This document shows positions 18,763 through 29,009 of a stretch of 64,000 bases of DNA, in pieces (the first letter of the stretch is position 1; every line of letters starts with the position of its first letter). A program made the translations under genes and the position numbers. Source of the DNA: Alistipes sp. Its GTDB lineage: Bacteria; Bacteroidota; Bacteroidia; Bacteroidales; Rikenellaceae. A model generated the notes under the pieces. It saw only the letters and a program-made list of their open reading frames with translations, was not told where the DNA came from and did not search any database. The stretch lies in contig JAGBTP010000022.1 of the NCBI GenBank assembly GCA_017631255.1, positions 1,264-65,263 of the forward strand, written 5' to 3'.

Positions 18763-20787
18763 ATGTCAGGACTTAAATTCGACAAGCGTGAGTTAGCTAA
18801 CCTTGAGTACTCGCTCGATAGAGAGATGCTTGCTACGGATCGCCGTGGCGGCTATATGAGTACCACCATCGTTGGCTGTAATACGCGTAAGTATCACGGT
18901 TTGATGGTCGCTCCTATCGACCAGAGCGAGCGTACATATGTGCTGCTGTCATCGCTCGACGAGACCATCGTGCAGCACGATCAGTCGTTTAACCTCGCAT
19001 TGCATCGCTATCAGGGTGTATATGAGCCTCGTGGCCATAAGTATATCACCGACTTCGAGTACACCCCAACGCCTACGATTACCTATCGCGTTGGTGGTGT
19101 GGTGCTCCGCAAGGAGCTGCTCTGGGTGCACCGCCGCACACAGCTGCTGATACGCTACACGCTTGTGGATGCACACTCTGATACAACATTGCGCCTGCGT
19201 CCTCTGCTTGCATATCGTGATAAGCACGCGCTCTCGAAGGCAAATATGGAGGCCGACGGCAGAGCATACCCTATACCTTACGGTGTGAAGTGCCGCTTGT
19301 ACGAGGGCTTCCCTTGGTTGCATATGCAGCTTAATAAGGAGGATGCCGAGTTTGTGGCAGCACCCGACTGGTTCTACAACTTCGAGTACCGCAAGGAGCT
19401 GGCTCGTGGATATGAGGCCTACGAGGATCTGCTCACTACGGGCTACTTCGAGTGCAGCATCAAGAAGGGCGAGAGCGTCATCTTCTCCGCTTCGACCGAT
19501 ATGTTGGCGTCGCCTGAGACCATTTCGGCAGTCTACGAGGTAGAGCTTGCACGCCGCACACACAAGATTGACTTTATGAGCTGCCTCCAGCACTCGGCTC
19601 GTCAGTTTGTCATCCGCCGTCCTAACGGTCGTGCCGAGATGATTGCGGGCTACCCTTGGTTCGGCTCGTTCACACGCGATACATTCATCGCCCTGCCTGG
19701 CGTAACCCTCGCACAGGGTAATGTTCAGGACTGCGTCGATGTCCTCGATGCACTCGTTGGCGATATGCAGAATGGCGACTTTGCGGGCAATGGCTCAGCA
19801 CAGCAGGCCGTCGACGCACCTCTATGGTTCTTCTTCACGCTCCAGCAGCTCGAGGCTCACATCGGCCAGAAGGAGCTCTGGGCTAAGTATGGCGCAGCGA
19901 TGAAGAGTATCCTCGAGGCATACCGTCGTGGCTTCTCGGAGAGCGTATGCCTCCACGACAATGGCCTTGTATGGGCCTCGGCTGAGGCACCTCTCACCTG
20001 GATGGGTACCATCGTTGATGGCCAGCCACTAACTCCTCGTCGAGGCTACCCTGTGGAGCTTCAGGCTCTGTGGTACAACGCTGTGGAGTACACCGTGGCA
20101 GTGGCTAAGAAGCAGGGCGACAAGGAGTTCGCTAAGGCGTGGAAGGACGAGGCGGCTAAGACTAAGGCATCGTTCCTCAGCAAGTTCTGGCTTGAGGAGG
20201 AGGGCTATCTTGCCGACTATGTAAACTACGACGAGGTAAATAAGTTTATTCGTGCAAATATGGTTGTAGCCTGTGGCTTGGACTACACTATGCTCGACGA
20301 TGAGAAGCGCGTGCGTGCGCTCCACACCGTACGCGAGCACCTGCTCACACCACGCGGTATTCGTACCCTCTCACCACGAAATATCCTCTACAAGTCGAAC
20401 TACAACGAGGACCAGCGCTCGCAGGATTTGGCATCGCGCAACGGTTCGGCGTGGGTATGGCCACTTATGTTCTATGTTAAGGCAGGCTTTGCGGTGGCAG
20501 GTGATAAGTTCGCTGCCGAGGCAGCTAAGTTGCTTGAGGCCTTCGACGAGGAGTTGCAGACAAAGTGCGTAGGCTCAATCTCGGAGCGCTTTGAGGGTGA
20601 CCCTCCACACAATCCTCGTGGTTCGGTGTCGCACGCAACATCGGTGGGTGGCTTGCTCTATATCGCTACCCTCGTGGATAAGTTCGCACCTAAGAAGACT
20701 ACCCGCAAGGCGTGTGTTAAGAAGGCGGCAGCAGCTACGGAGGAGAAGCCTAAGCGTAAGTGTGTGCGCAAGAGTGATAAGAAGTAA
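18763..20787 (+). CDS. Glycogen debranching enzyme / amylo-alpha-1,6-glucosidase (GH133-like)
   Basis: NTRKYHGL, IAGYPWF...RDTFIALPG, LTWM, GIRTLSP, NGSAWVW. Confidence 0.9.
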   Translation: MSGLKFDKRELANLEYSLDREMLATDRRGGYMSTTIVGCNTRKYHGLMVAPIDQSERTYVLLSSLDETIVQHDQSFNLALHRYQGVYEPRGHKYITDFEYTPTPTITYRVGGVVLRKELLWVHRRTQLLIRYTLVDAHSDTTLRLRPLLAYRDKHALSKANMEADGRAYPIPYGVKCRLYEGFPWLHMQLNKEDAEFVAAPDWFYNFEYRKELARGYEAYEDLLTTGYFECSIKKGESVIFSASTDMLASPETISAVYEVELARRTHKIDFMSCLQHSARQFVIRRPNGRAEMIAGYPWFGSFTRDTFIALPGVTLAQGNVQDCVDVLDALVGDMQNGDFAGNGSAQQAVDAPLWFFFTLQQLEAHIGQKELWAKYGAAMKSILEAYRRGFSESVCLHDNGLVWASAEAPLTWMGTIVDGQPLTPRRGYPVELQALWYNAVEYTVAVAKKQGDKEFAKAWKDEAAKTKASFLSKFWLEEEGYLADYVNYDEVNKFIRANMVVACGLDYTMLDDEKRVRALHTVREHLLTPRGIRTLSPRNILYKSNYNEDQRSQDLASRNGSAWVWPLMFYVKAGFAVAGDKFAAEAAKLLEAFDEELQTKCVGSISERFEGDPPHNPRGSVSHATSVGGLLYIATLVDKFAPKKTTRKACVKKAAAATEEKPKRKCVRKSDKK

Positions 20788-20808
20788 AATGTAAAACAGA
20801 GATAAGTT

Positions 20809-22128
20809 ATGAGAGTCTTAATGTTCGGTTGGGAGTTTCCTCCCCATATCGCTGGTGGTTTGGGTACTGCCTGCTACGGTATGACCCAGGGTCTGGCTCG
20901 CAACGATGTAGAGGTTATCTTCGTGATGCCTAAGGCATCGGGCGACGAGGACCAGAGCTTTGTTAAGGTTGTCAACGCCAGCGACATCGAGGCACGCTAC
21001 TGTGACTCAAGCATTGAGGGCGCTGATGACATAATGCGTAAGATTTCGTTCATCCATATCGACTCGAATATGGTGCCTTACATCTCGCCAGAGGAGTGGG
21101 CAACATACCGTGAGGGCTACGAGCGCACAGGCCAGAAGTTCTGGGAGCGCAAGGGCGATAGCTGGACGCAGCGCTACACCTTCTCGGGTAAGTATGGCGC
21201 AAACATTATGGAGGAGGTTGCTCGCTATGCTGTTGTTGCTGCCGAGGTGGCACGCCAGCTCGAGGGACAGTTCGATGTTATCCACGCTCACGATTGGCTC
21301 ACCTACTTCGCAGGCATCGCCGCTAAGCGCGTGTCGGGCAAGCCACTTGTGGTGCATATGCACGCAACATCGTTCGACCGCTCGTCGAGCGACAATATTG
21401 ATACACGCGTCTATGAGATTGAGCGTGCAGGTATGGCTGCAGCCGATATGGTCATTGCGGTGTCGAACCTCACGCGAAATATCGTCATCGACAAGTACCA
21501 CATCGAGCCAGAGAAGGTCGTGGCGGTGCACAACGCTGTGCAGTTTGCCGAGAACGACAACCCTGTGCCTGAGCGTGGTGTGAAGGATAAGATTGTCACT
21601 TTCCTCGGTCGTATCACCTTCCAGAAGGGTCCCGATTACTTCATCGAGGCGGCAGCTAAGGTGCTCAAGCGTGTGCCTAATGTGCGCTTCGTGATGGCAG
21701 GTTCGGGCGATATGATGAACCACTGTATCCGTCGTGTGGCGCAGCTCGGTATTGCCGACCGCTTCCACTTTACGGGCTTCCTCAAGGGCGACGATGTGCA
21801 GAAGATGTTTCAGCTATCGGATGTATATATTATGCCATCGGTATCGGAACCATTTGGTATCTCGCCACTGGAGGCTATGCGCTCGAATGTGCCTACAATC
21901 ATCTCACACCAGAGTGGTGTTGCCGAGGTGTTGGACTACGCCGTTAAGGTTAACTATTGGGATGTTGACGCTATGGCTGACTCGATCTACGGCCTTATCA
22001 CCTACCCGGCCCTCGCTAAGATGTTCTCGGAGAAGGGTATGGAGGAGGTTAACAACCTCAAGTGGTACAAGGCTGCTACCAAGATTAAGGATGTCTACCA
22101 GCAGGCTATCGACAAGTGTAACAAATAA
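20809..22128 (+). CDS. GT4 glycosyltransferase (alpha-glucan synthase-like)
   Basis: GWEFPPHIAGGLG, HAHDWLT, PSVSEPFGISPLEAM. Confidence 0.92.
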   Translation: MRVLMFGWEFPPHIAGGLGTACYGMTQGLARNDVEVIFVMPKASGDEDQSFVKVVNASDIEARYCDSSIEGADDIMRKISFIHIDSNMVPYISPEEWATYREGYERTGQKFWERKGDSWTQRYTFSGKYGANIMEEVARYAVVAAEVARQLEGQFDVIHAHDWLTYFAGIAAKRVSGKPLVVHMHATSFDRSSSDNIDTRVYEIERAGMAAADMVIAVSNLTRNIVIDKYHIEPEKVVAVHNAVQFAENDNPVPERGVKDKIVTFLGRITFQKGPDYFIEAAAKVLKRVPNVRFVMAGSGDMMNHCIRRVAQLGIADRFHFTGFLKGDDVQKMFQLSDVYIMPSVSEPFGISPLEAMRSNVPTIISHQSGVAEVLDYAVKVNYWDVDAMADSIYGLITYPALAKMFSEKGMEEVNNLKWYKAATKIKDVYQQAIDKCNK

Positions 22129-22141
22129 ATAAGCAAGATAT

Positions 22142-23332
22142 ATGAAGACAGTTTGTTTCTATTTTCAGGTTCACCAGCCCTGGCGTTTGAAGACCTATCG
22201 TTTCTTCCAGATGGGCAATGACCACAACTATCTCGACGACTTCACCAATCGCGCTATTATGCAGAAGGTGGCTCGTGAGTGCTACCTGCCAATGAATGCC
22301 CTCCTGTTGTCGCTCATCGAGCAGCATAAGGGTGCTCTCCGCCTCTCGTTCTCGATTACGGGCTCTGCTGTTGAGCAGTTCAAGGCCTACGCTCCTGAGG
22401 TGTTGGAGTCGTTCAAGAAGCTCGCTGCTACGGGCTGCGTAGAGTTCCTCGCTGAGACCTACTCACATTCGCTCTCGTCGCTGTACTCTATCGACGAGTT
22501 CAAGCAGGAGGTTAAGCTCCACTCGCAGATGCTCAAGGAGGAGTTTGGCGTTAAGCCAACGGCGTTCCGCAACACCGAGCTCATCTACTCGGACGATATC
22601 GCTAAGGCGGTTGAGGGTATGGGCTTCAAGACTATGCTTGCTGAGGGTGCACGCCATATCCTCGGTTGGAAGTCGCCTAACTTCGTATATACCGACGCTG
22701 TGGATAACAAGCTCCGCTTGCTGCTCCGCAACTATAAGCTTTCGGACGATATCGCCTTCCGCTTCTCTAACGAGGGTTGGCCAGAGTGGCCACTTACGGC
22801 TGACAAGTATGCTCAGTGGGTGGCATCGGAGGCTGGCGATGTTGTTAACCTCTTTATGGACTATGAGACCTTCGGTGAGCACCAGAAGGCCGCTACGGGC
22901 ATCTTCGACTTTATGAAGGCGTTGCCAGAGGCACTGCTTGCTACCGGTGAGCTCGAGTTTGCTACCGTTAGCGAGGCAGCTAAGAAGTTGCAGCCCGTGG
23001 CTGTGCTCCACTGCCCATACGCAATGTCGTGGGCCGATGAGGAGCGCGATGTAACGGCTTGGCTCGGTAACGACCTCCAGAACGAGGCCTTCGCTAAGCT
23101 CTACGCCCTCGCACCAAAGGTTAAGAAGGCGAAGAACAAGGACTTCGAGTATGTATGGCACTTTATGCAGAACTCCGACCACTTCTACTATATGGCTACT
23201 AAGTGGTTCTCTGACGGCGATGTGCACTCGTACTTCAACCCTTACGGCTCAGCTTACGAGGCGTTCATTAACTATATGAATGTCCTTGCCGACTTCGAGA
23301 TCGAGCTTACAAAGGTTACTACCAAGGAGTAA
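22142..23332 (+). CDS. GH57 alpha-amylase family protein
   Basis: FQVHQP, FRNTELIY, LSDDIAFRFS, FMDYETFGEH, SWADEERD. Confidence 0.93.
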   Translation: MKTVCFYFQVHQPWRLKTYRFFQMGNDHNYLDDFTNRAIMQKVARECYLPMNALLLSLIEQHKGALRLSFSITGSAVEQFKAYAPEVLESFKKLAATGCVEFLAETYSHSLSSLYSIDEFKQEVKLHSQMLKEEFGVKPTAFRNTELIYSDDIAKAVEGMGFKTMLAEGARHILGWKSPNFVYTDAVDNKLRLLLRNYKLSDDIAFRFSNEGWPEWPLTADKYAQWVASEAGDVVNLFMDYETFGEHQKAATGIFDFMKALPEALLATGELEFATVSEAAKKLQPVAVLHCPYAMSWADEERDVTAWLGNDLQNEAFAKLYALAPKVKKAKNKDFEYVWHFMQNSDHFYYMATKWFSDGDVHSYFNPYGSAYEAFINYMNVLADFEIELTKVTTKE

Positions 23333-23351
23333 CACGCAGAGTATTATAATG

Positions 23352-23388
23352 TTAGAGGGTGTCCACCGTACGGTTAGACACCCTCTAA
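23352..23388. terminator. Hairpin between convergent genes (shared-stem family)
   Basis: TTAGAGGGTGTCC...AGACACCCTCTAA. Confidence 0.75.
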
Positions 23389-23419
23389 TTATATTGTTGC
23401 AGACCTCTATGTACTGCCA

Positions 23420-24016
23420 CTACTGAGTCACAAGCTGTCCTTCGTAGTCTGCAACGATAATCTCGCCAGCATCATTTACAAAGCGGGCGGTGATGTTGTA
23501 GTAGGGGTAACCGGATGAGTGCTCAGCGTCGGTTATCACCTTCACCTTGCCCTCGACGAAGCGCATAAGTGTCTCATCGGGGAAGCAGATGTAGCAGTAC
23601 TCTCTGTGCGCCGTCATAGCTGAGCCGTCGCCCAAGGTGTAGATGCCAGGAGTCACATAGTCGTAGAGCTTTGGCGAGTATAGGTCGAGGAAGAGGGTGA
23701 GTCCCGACTCATTATTGTAGAGCGAGATGTAGTCGTTGCTAAGGCCGTTGTACTCCAGTAGCATTACCCTACCCGTGATGCCATCCTTGAAGAGGTAGTC
23801 CGCGCCTGATGTGTCGATGACCTCATCCATCCAGCTGTTATCCTCCTCGTTGCCACCCTGGTTGTCGCCGCCCTGGTTGTCATCGTCGTTGTCTGGCGTG
23901 TTTGGATTTTCGGGAGTATTAGGCTCCTGAGGCACCTCCGGGGTGCCCTTCTCGCTGCACGCCGTAGCAAGCATTGCAAGGGCGAGAAGTAGTGCGGCCA
24001 TTGATTTAATTTTCAT
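23420..24016 (-). CDS. Hypothetical lipoprotein with P/N/D-rich disordered linker
   Basis: Start MKIKSM at 24016; lipobox LATAC; PEVPQEPNTPENPNTPDNDDDNQGG linker; beta-rich C-terminal domain. Confidence 0.75.
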   Translation of the reverse strand: MKIKSMAALLLALAMLATACSEKGTPEVPQEPNTPENPNTPDNDDDNQGGDNQGGNEEDNSWMDEVIDTSGADYLFKDGITGRVMLLEYNGLSNDYISLYNNESGLTLFLDLYSPKLYDYVTPGIYTLGDGSAMTAHREYCYICFPDETLMRFVEGKVKVITDAEHSSGYPYYNITARFVNDAGEIIVADYEGQLVTQ

Positions 24017-24043
24017 AGTGTTAGGTTGTTGGTAATTAAATAA

Positions 24044-24079
24044 AATAGGGTCGTCCAAGTCCCGCTGGACAACCCTATT
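24044..24079 (-). terminator. Hairpin after plsX (shared-stem family)
   Basis: AATAGGGTCGTCCA...TGGACAACCCTATT; T-rich tail on minus strand. Confidence 0.75.
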
Positions 24080-24092
24080 ATCTGGTTTGTAT

Positions 24093-25136
24093 CTATGCCT
24101 CTGCGGGCTTAGCATCCTTGAGTGCCTCGCGCAGCTTAGCTGGGAAGTTACTCTTAATGTCGCGCTCCATAGATAGCACCATACTGCATATCGCGCGTGC
24201 TGACGAGCTACCGTGACCAATCATCACAGGAGCGTTGATACCCATCACCTGAAGGCCACCAACGCTTTCGGCGTTCATAGCGTTCCAAAAGTCGTTCTGC
24301 CAGAAGAGCTTAGGCACGATGCGACCGATGATGCGGCGCAAGAAGTTCTTGAAGTGTGGCTTGCCGCCGCCGAGGCGGAAGTTGATGCGGTAGAGCGCTT
24401 CGGCCATCTTAAGGAGACTGTTGCCCACGAAGGCATCTGCTACAACCACATCGCTAATCTTGTCGGTGAAGATGTACGATGCCTCGACATTTCCCACAAA
24501 GTTGTAGCGGCCGTCCTCCTTCATCAGGTCGTAAGTCGCCTTAGCCTGGGCATTACCCTTGCCCTCCTCCTCGCCGATGTTGAGCAGTGCGACGCGAGGG
24601 TTCTCCATCTGGAGTGCCGACTTGGCGTATATCGAGCCGAGCAGACCGTACTGTGCGAGCACCTCGGGTTTAGCGTCGACATTGAGACCTACATCCATCA
24701 GCACCGCGCGCTGAATACCCTTCTTAGGCGACACGGTAGGGATGAGCGTTGCGAGCACAGGACGAATCACGCCCTCGATAGGCTTGATAACCTGCATCGA
24801 GCCCACCATCATAGCGCCTGTCGAGCCAGCACTTGCGAAGCCGTCGATCTTACCTGCAGCCAGGTCCTTGAAACCCACGGTTATGCTTGAGTCGGCCTTT
24901 GCTATGAATGCCTTGGCGGGGTGGTCGCCCATCTCGATGATCTGGGATGTTGCTACGATGTCGAACTCCTTTTCCGACGAGCCATACTTTTCGAGCAGCT
25001 CGATGATGCGGCTCTTGTCGCCGTAGAGTACTACGCGGCTCTGCTTGTCGAGGTATTTAAGTGCCATCACTGCACCCTCCACTGCCACTTCGGGAGCGAA
25101 GTCGCCACCCATAGCGTCTATACCGATTTTAATCAT
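24093..25136 (-). CDS. plsX: Phosphate acyltransferase PlsX
   Basis: IGIDAMGGDFAP, SAGSTGA, LLNIGEEEGKG, GHGSS. Confidence 0.93.
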   Translation of the reverse strand: MIKIGIDAMGGDFAPEVAVEGAVMALKYLDKQSRVVLYGDKSRIIELLEKYGSSEKEFDIVATSQIIEMGDHPAKAFIAKADSSITVGFKDLAAGKIDGFASAGSTGAMMVGSMQVIKPIEGVIRPVLATLIPTVSPKKGIQRAVLMDVGLNVDAKPEVLAQYGLLGSIYAKSALQMENPRVALLNIGEEEGKGNAQAKATYDLMKEDGRYNFVGNVEASYIFTDKISDVVVADAFVGNSLLKMAEALYRINFRLGGGKPHFKNFLRRIIGRIVPKLFWQNDFWNAMNAESVGGLQVMGINAPVMIGHGSSSARAICSMVLSMERDIKSNFPAKLREALKDAKPAEA

Positions 25137-25178
25137 AGTTGCAGATGTTGGTTAGTTGAATTGGGTTTGAAGTAAAGC

Positions 25179-25216
25179 AAAAGGAGCAACGCCGACTTGC
25201 GGTATTGCTCCTTTTT
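25179..25216 (-). terminator. Hairpin between rpmF and plsX
   Basis: AAAAGGAGCAACGCCG...CGGTATTGCTCCTTTTT. Confidence 0.7.
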
Positions 25217-25229
25217 GTTTTGGTGAAGA

Positions 25230-25415
25230 CTACTCAGCTGCCTTCTTCTCGATAGCGAGCTTACCGCGGTAGAAGCCGCACTCTGGGCATACGCGGTGGT
25301 AGAGTACTGCTGAACCGCAGTTTGAGCAGTTTACTACTGTTGGAACTACAGCCTTGTAGTGAGTTCTTCTCTTGTCTCGACGAGTTGAAGAGACTTTGTG
25401 TTTAGGATGTGCCAT
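25230..25415 (-). CDS. rpmF: 50S ribosomal protein L32 (Zn-ribbon type)
   Basis: MAHPKHKVSSTRRDKRRTHYKA; CxxC...CxxC. Confidence 0.97.
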   Translation of the reverse strand: MAHPKHKVSSTRRDKRRTHYKAVVPTVVNCSNCGSAVLYHRVCPECGFYRGKLAIEKKAAE

Positions 25416-25508
25416 CTTACAATATAGTTTTTAAGTTTTATGTTTGTCTTTTGTCTGTTCGGTAGCCTGACGGAACCACTACCTCGCAAACTGCGTTTTT
25501 CTTTTCTT

Positions 25509-25676
25509 GCTTTGTGCTTCGGGCTCTTCGCTTCTTCGCTTCTACGCCCTCTTCTTCTCAGCCTTATGCTTCGGGCTCTTCGCTTCTGCGCTTTGCACCC
25601 TCGTCTTCTCAGCCTTGTGCTTCGGGCTCTTCGCTTCTTCGCTTCTGCGCCCTCTTCTTCTCAGCCTTATGCTTCG
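25509..25676. repeat. 52-bp tandem repeat, about 3.3 copies, between yceD and rpmF
   Basis: Units at 25509, 25561, 25612, 25664 (partial): GCCTTATGCTTCGGGCTCTTCGCTTCTTCGCTTCTGCGCCCTCTTCTTCTCA. Confidence 0.9.
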
Positions 25677-25679
25677 TCG

Positions 25680-26249
25680 CTATGCCTCCTCCTCTGCTTC
25701 GGCCTGGCGCTTGAGAGCCTCGAGGATTGAGAGTGATTGGTCATCGAGACTTACCACATCGCCCTCCTCGGCCTTGGCCTCGAGTTCGGCGAGCTCCTCC
25801 TCGGTTATCTGCTGGAACGAGGCGAGCATCTCGCTGTTGCACTCGCCCTCCTCGTGCACACGGCTGTATGGCAGTGAGAGAACGATGCTCTCGTAGATGT
25901 ACTGCGTGAGGTCGACCATATCCTCGGCAGGCGATATCCACATCACCTCGCCATCGTAGTAGTCGGTCTCGTCTGAGAACTTGACAAGTAGCGTATCGTT
26001 GAACTCGATTGCTATTGGGCAGTCCTCGAGACAGCGGTCGCACTCGCAAATTACCTCACCTTCGATGGCAACATCGAGCTCGAGCATAGCCTCGCTACGC
26101 TTGAGTGCAATGCGCACATCACAGTCGCCGCCCTTGATTTCCTCGGTCTCGAATGCCTCGAAAAGTGAGTTATCTACCTTAAAATCAAAGTCGTAGCTTC
26201 CTACTTTTAGCCCCTTGTAGGCTATCTTGTACAATCCAATTTGCTCCAT
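25680..26249 (-). CDS. yceD: DUF177 / YceD family protein
   Basis: CDRCL, DLTQYIYESIVLSLP, upstream of rpmF. Confidence 0.88.
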   Translation of the reverse strand: MEQIGLYKIAYKGLKVGSYDFDFKVDNSLFEAFETEEIKGGDCDVRIALKRSEAMLELDVAIEGEVICECDRCLEDCPIAIEFNDTLLVKFSDETDYYDGEVMWISPAEDMVDLTQYIYESIVLSLPYSRVHEEGECNSEMLASFQQITEEELAELEAKAEEGDVVSLDDQSLSILEALKRQAEAEEEA

Positions 26250-26356
26250 TTCAGCACAAATAGTTTGCAAATTTACTATAAAAAACTAAAATGTGCAAAT
26301 TATTACTATTTTTGTAGCAAAGTTTTACGCAAAAAAATTGTTTAGCAGGTTTTTGT

Positions 26357-26749
26357 ATGGATCAGTATAGCATCAAAATCACCACCGATTACAACGAATA
26401 TTGGCGGTTTAACATCGTCGTTATGGGCTCTGTTATGGTCGACGGCGAACAGGTCGAGCTGCTCAAGTATCGTGAAGATATCGCCCCTGTGGGTTCCGAA
26501 CTTAAGGAGCCGCCCAAAAGGTATAAGGCGCAGCGCGATGTGGAGCTTAAATCGGTGCCGGCAACAAGCCTTACCTTATATATATATATAATACCGCACA
26601 GCCTCCCCGCTACGGCTATCGAGCGCCAGCCTATAAAGTTCGATAATTTCGAGCTTAGGGTCGAGGTTGTGCACGGCAGTGAGCGCGTCTATAACCGTAT
26701 CCACGAAATCTGTTCGCTTGCGGGCGAGAATATCGTCGTGGAGGTGTAG
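26357..26749 (+). CDS. Hypothetical protein
   Basis: 130-aa ORF divergent from yceD, AT-rich upstream region, followed by a hairpin. Confidence 0.7.
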   Translation: MDQYSIKITTDYNEYWRFNIVVMGSVMVDGEQVELLKYREDIAPVGSELKEPPKRYKAQRDVELKSVPATSLTLYIYIIPHSLPATAIERQPIKFDNFELRVEVVHGSERVYNRIHEICSLAGENIVVEV

Positions 26750-26860
26750 GGCGTAGAGGCGTAGGGTGTAGAGGCGTAGTCCCCCTCTCACGATGATATG
26801 CCAAAATAAAGGGCACTCGAAAATATAGAGGTGCGCTCGATGAGCCATCTACCAACAAGT

Positions 26861-26889
26861 TAGGGCTACCCCGTGGTGGAGTAGCCCTA
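26861..26889. terminator. Hairpin after groEL (shared-stem family)
   Basis: TAGGGCTACCCC-gtggt-GGAGTAGCCCTA. Confidence 0.75.
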
Positions 26890-26912
26890 TTATTGTGTTG
26901 TGCGATGCGCTA

Positions 26913-28553
<1,641 letters not shown>

Positions 28554-28596
28554 CTATATTTCTAATTACTAATTACTTGTTTTGCTTGGCGCATCG

Positions 28597-28869
28597 TTAG
28601 TCGATTACGGCGATGATGTCCGCCTGCTTCATCACGAGGTAGTCCTCGCCGTCGTAGTGGAGCTCGGTGCCGGCATACTTGCCATACATCACGGTGTCGC
28701 CAACCTTCACCTCCATCTTAATATCTGCTGTGCCAGGGCCTGCTGCCACAACCTTACCCATCAAGGGCTTCTCCTTTGCTGTATCTGGAATGAAGAGACC
28801 ACCTGCGGTCTTCTCCTCTGCTGGATTGGGCTTAACCAATACGCGGTCTGAAAGTGGTTTTACTGCCAT
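28597..28869 (-). CDS. groS: Co-chaperonin GroES
   Basis: [22 protein letters not shown]. Confidence 0.98.
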   Translation of the reverse strand: MAVKPLSDRVLVKPNPAEEKTAGGLFIPDTAKEKPLMGKVVAAGPGTADIKMEVKVGDTVMYGKYAGTELHYDGEDYLVMKQADIIAVID

Positions 28870-28926
28870 AGTTTTAGTCTTCGTTTTATGTTTTTGATAA
28901 TATTTTCTGTTTGATGCCTCTTTGCG

Positions 28927-28942
28927 GCAATCACCGTGCCAA
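28927..28942 (-). promoter_or_regulatory. Putative sigma54 -24/-12 promoter of groES-groEL
   Basis: Minus strand TTGGCACGGTGATTGC, an exact TGGCAC-N5-TTGC match. Confidence 0.75.
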
Positions 28943-28985
28943 AGGCGTAGCTGTCATATTAATATATGTGTAGCACCTCCGTCAC

Positions 28986-28998
28986 TGACAAAATGTCA
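28986..28998. promoter_or_regulatory. Palindrome TGACA-N3-TGTCA upstream of the groES promoter
   Basis: TGACAAAATGTCA, with further TGTCA half-sites nearby. Confidence 0.55.
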
Positions 28999-29009
28999 CG
29001 CTGCCTCTG

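Noticed and set aside
18763-23332. GH133-GT4-GH57 cluster as a novel system
   Set aside because: Familiar Bacteroidales alpha-glucan/glycogen gene arrangement
25440-25896. Leu/Ser/Phe-rich plus-strand ORFs, and ORFs at 45355..45609 and 31871..32200
   Set aside because: Translations of tandem repeat DNA lacking stop codons; no coding evidence
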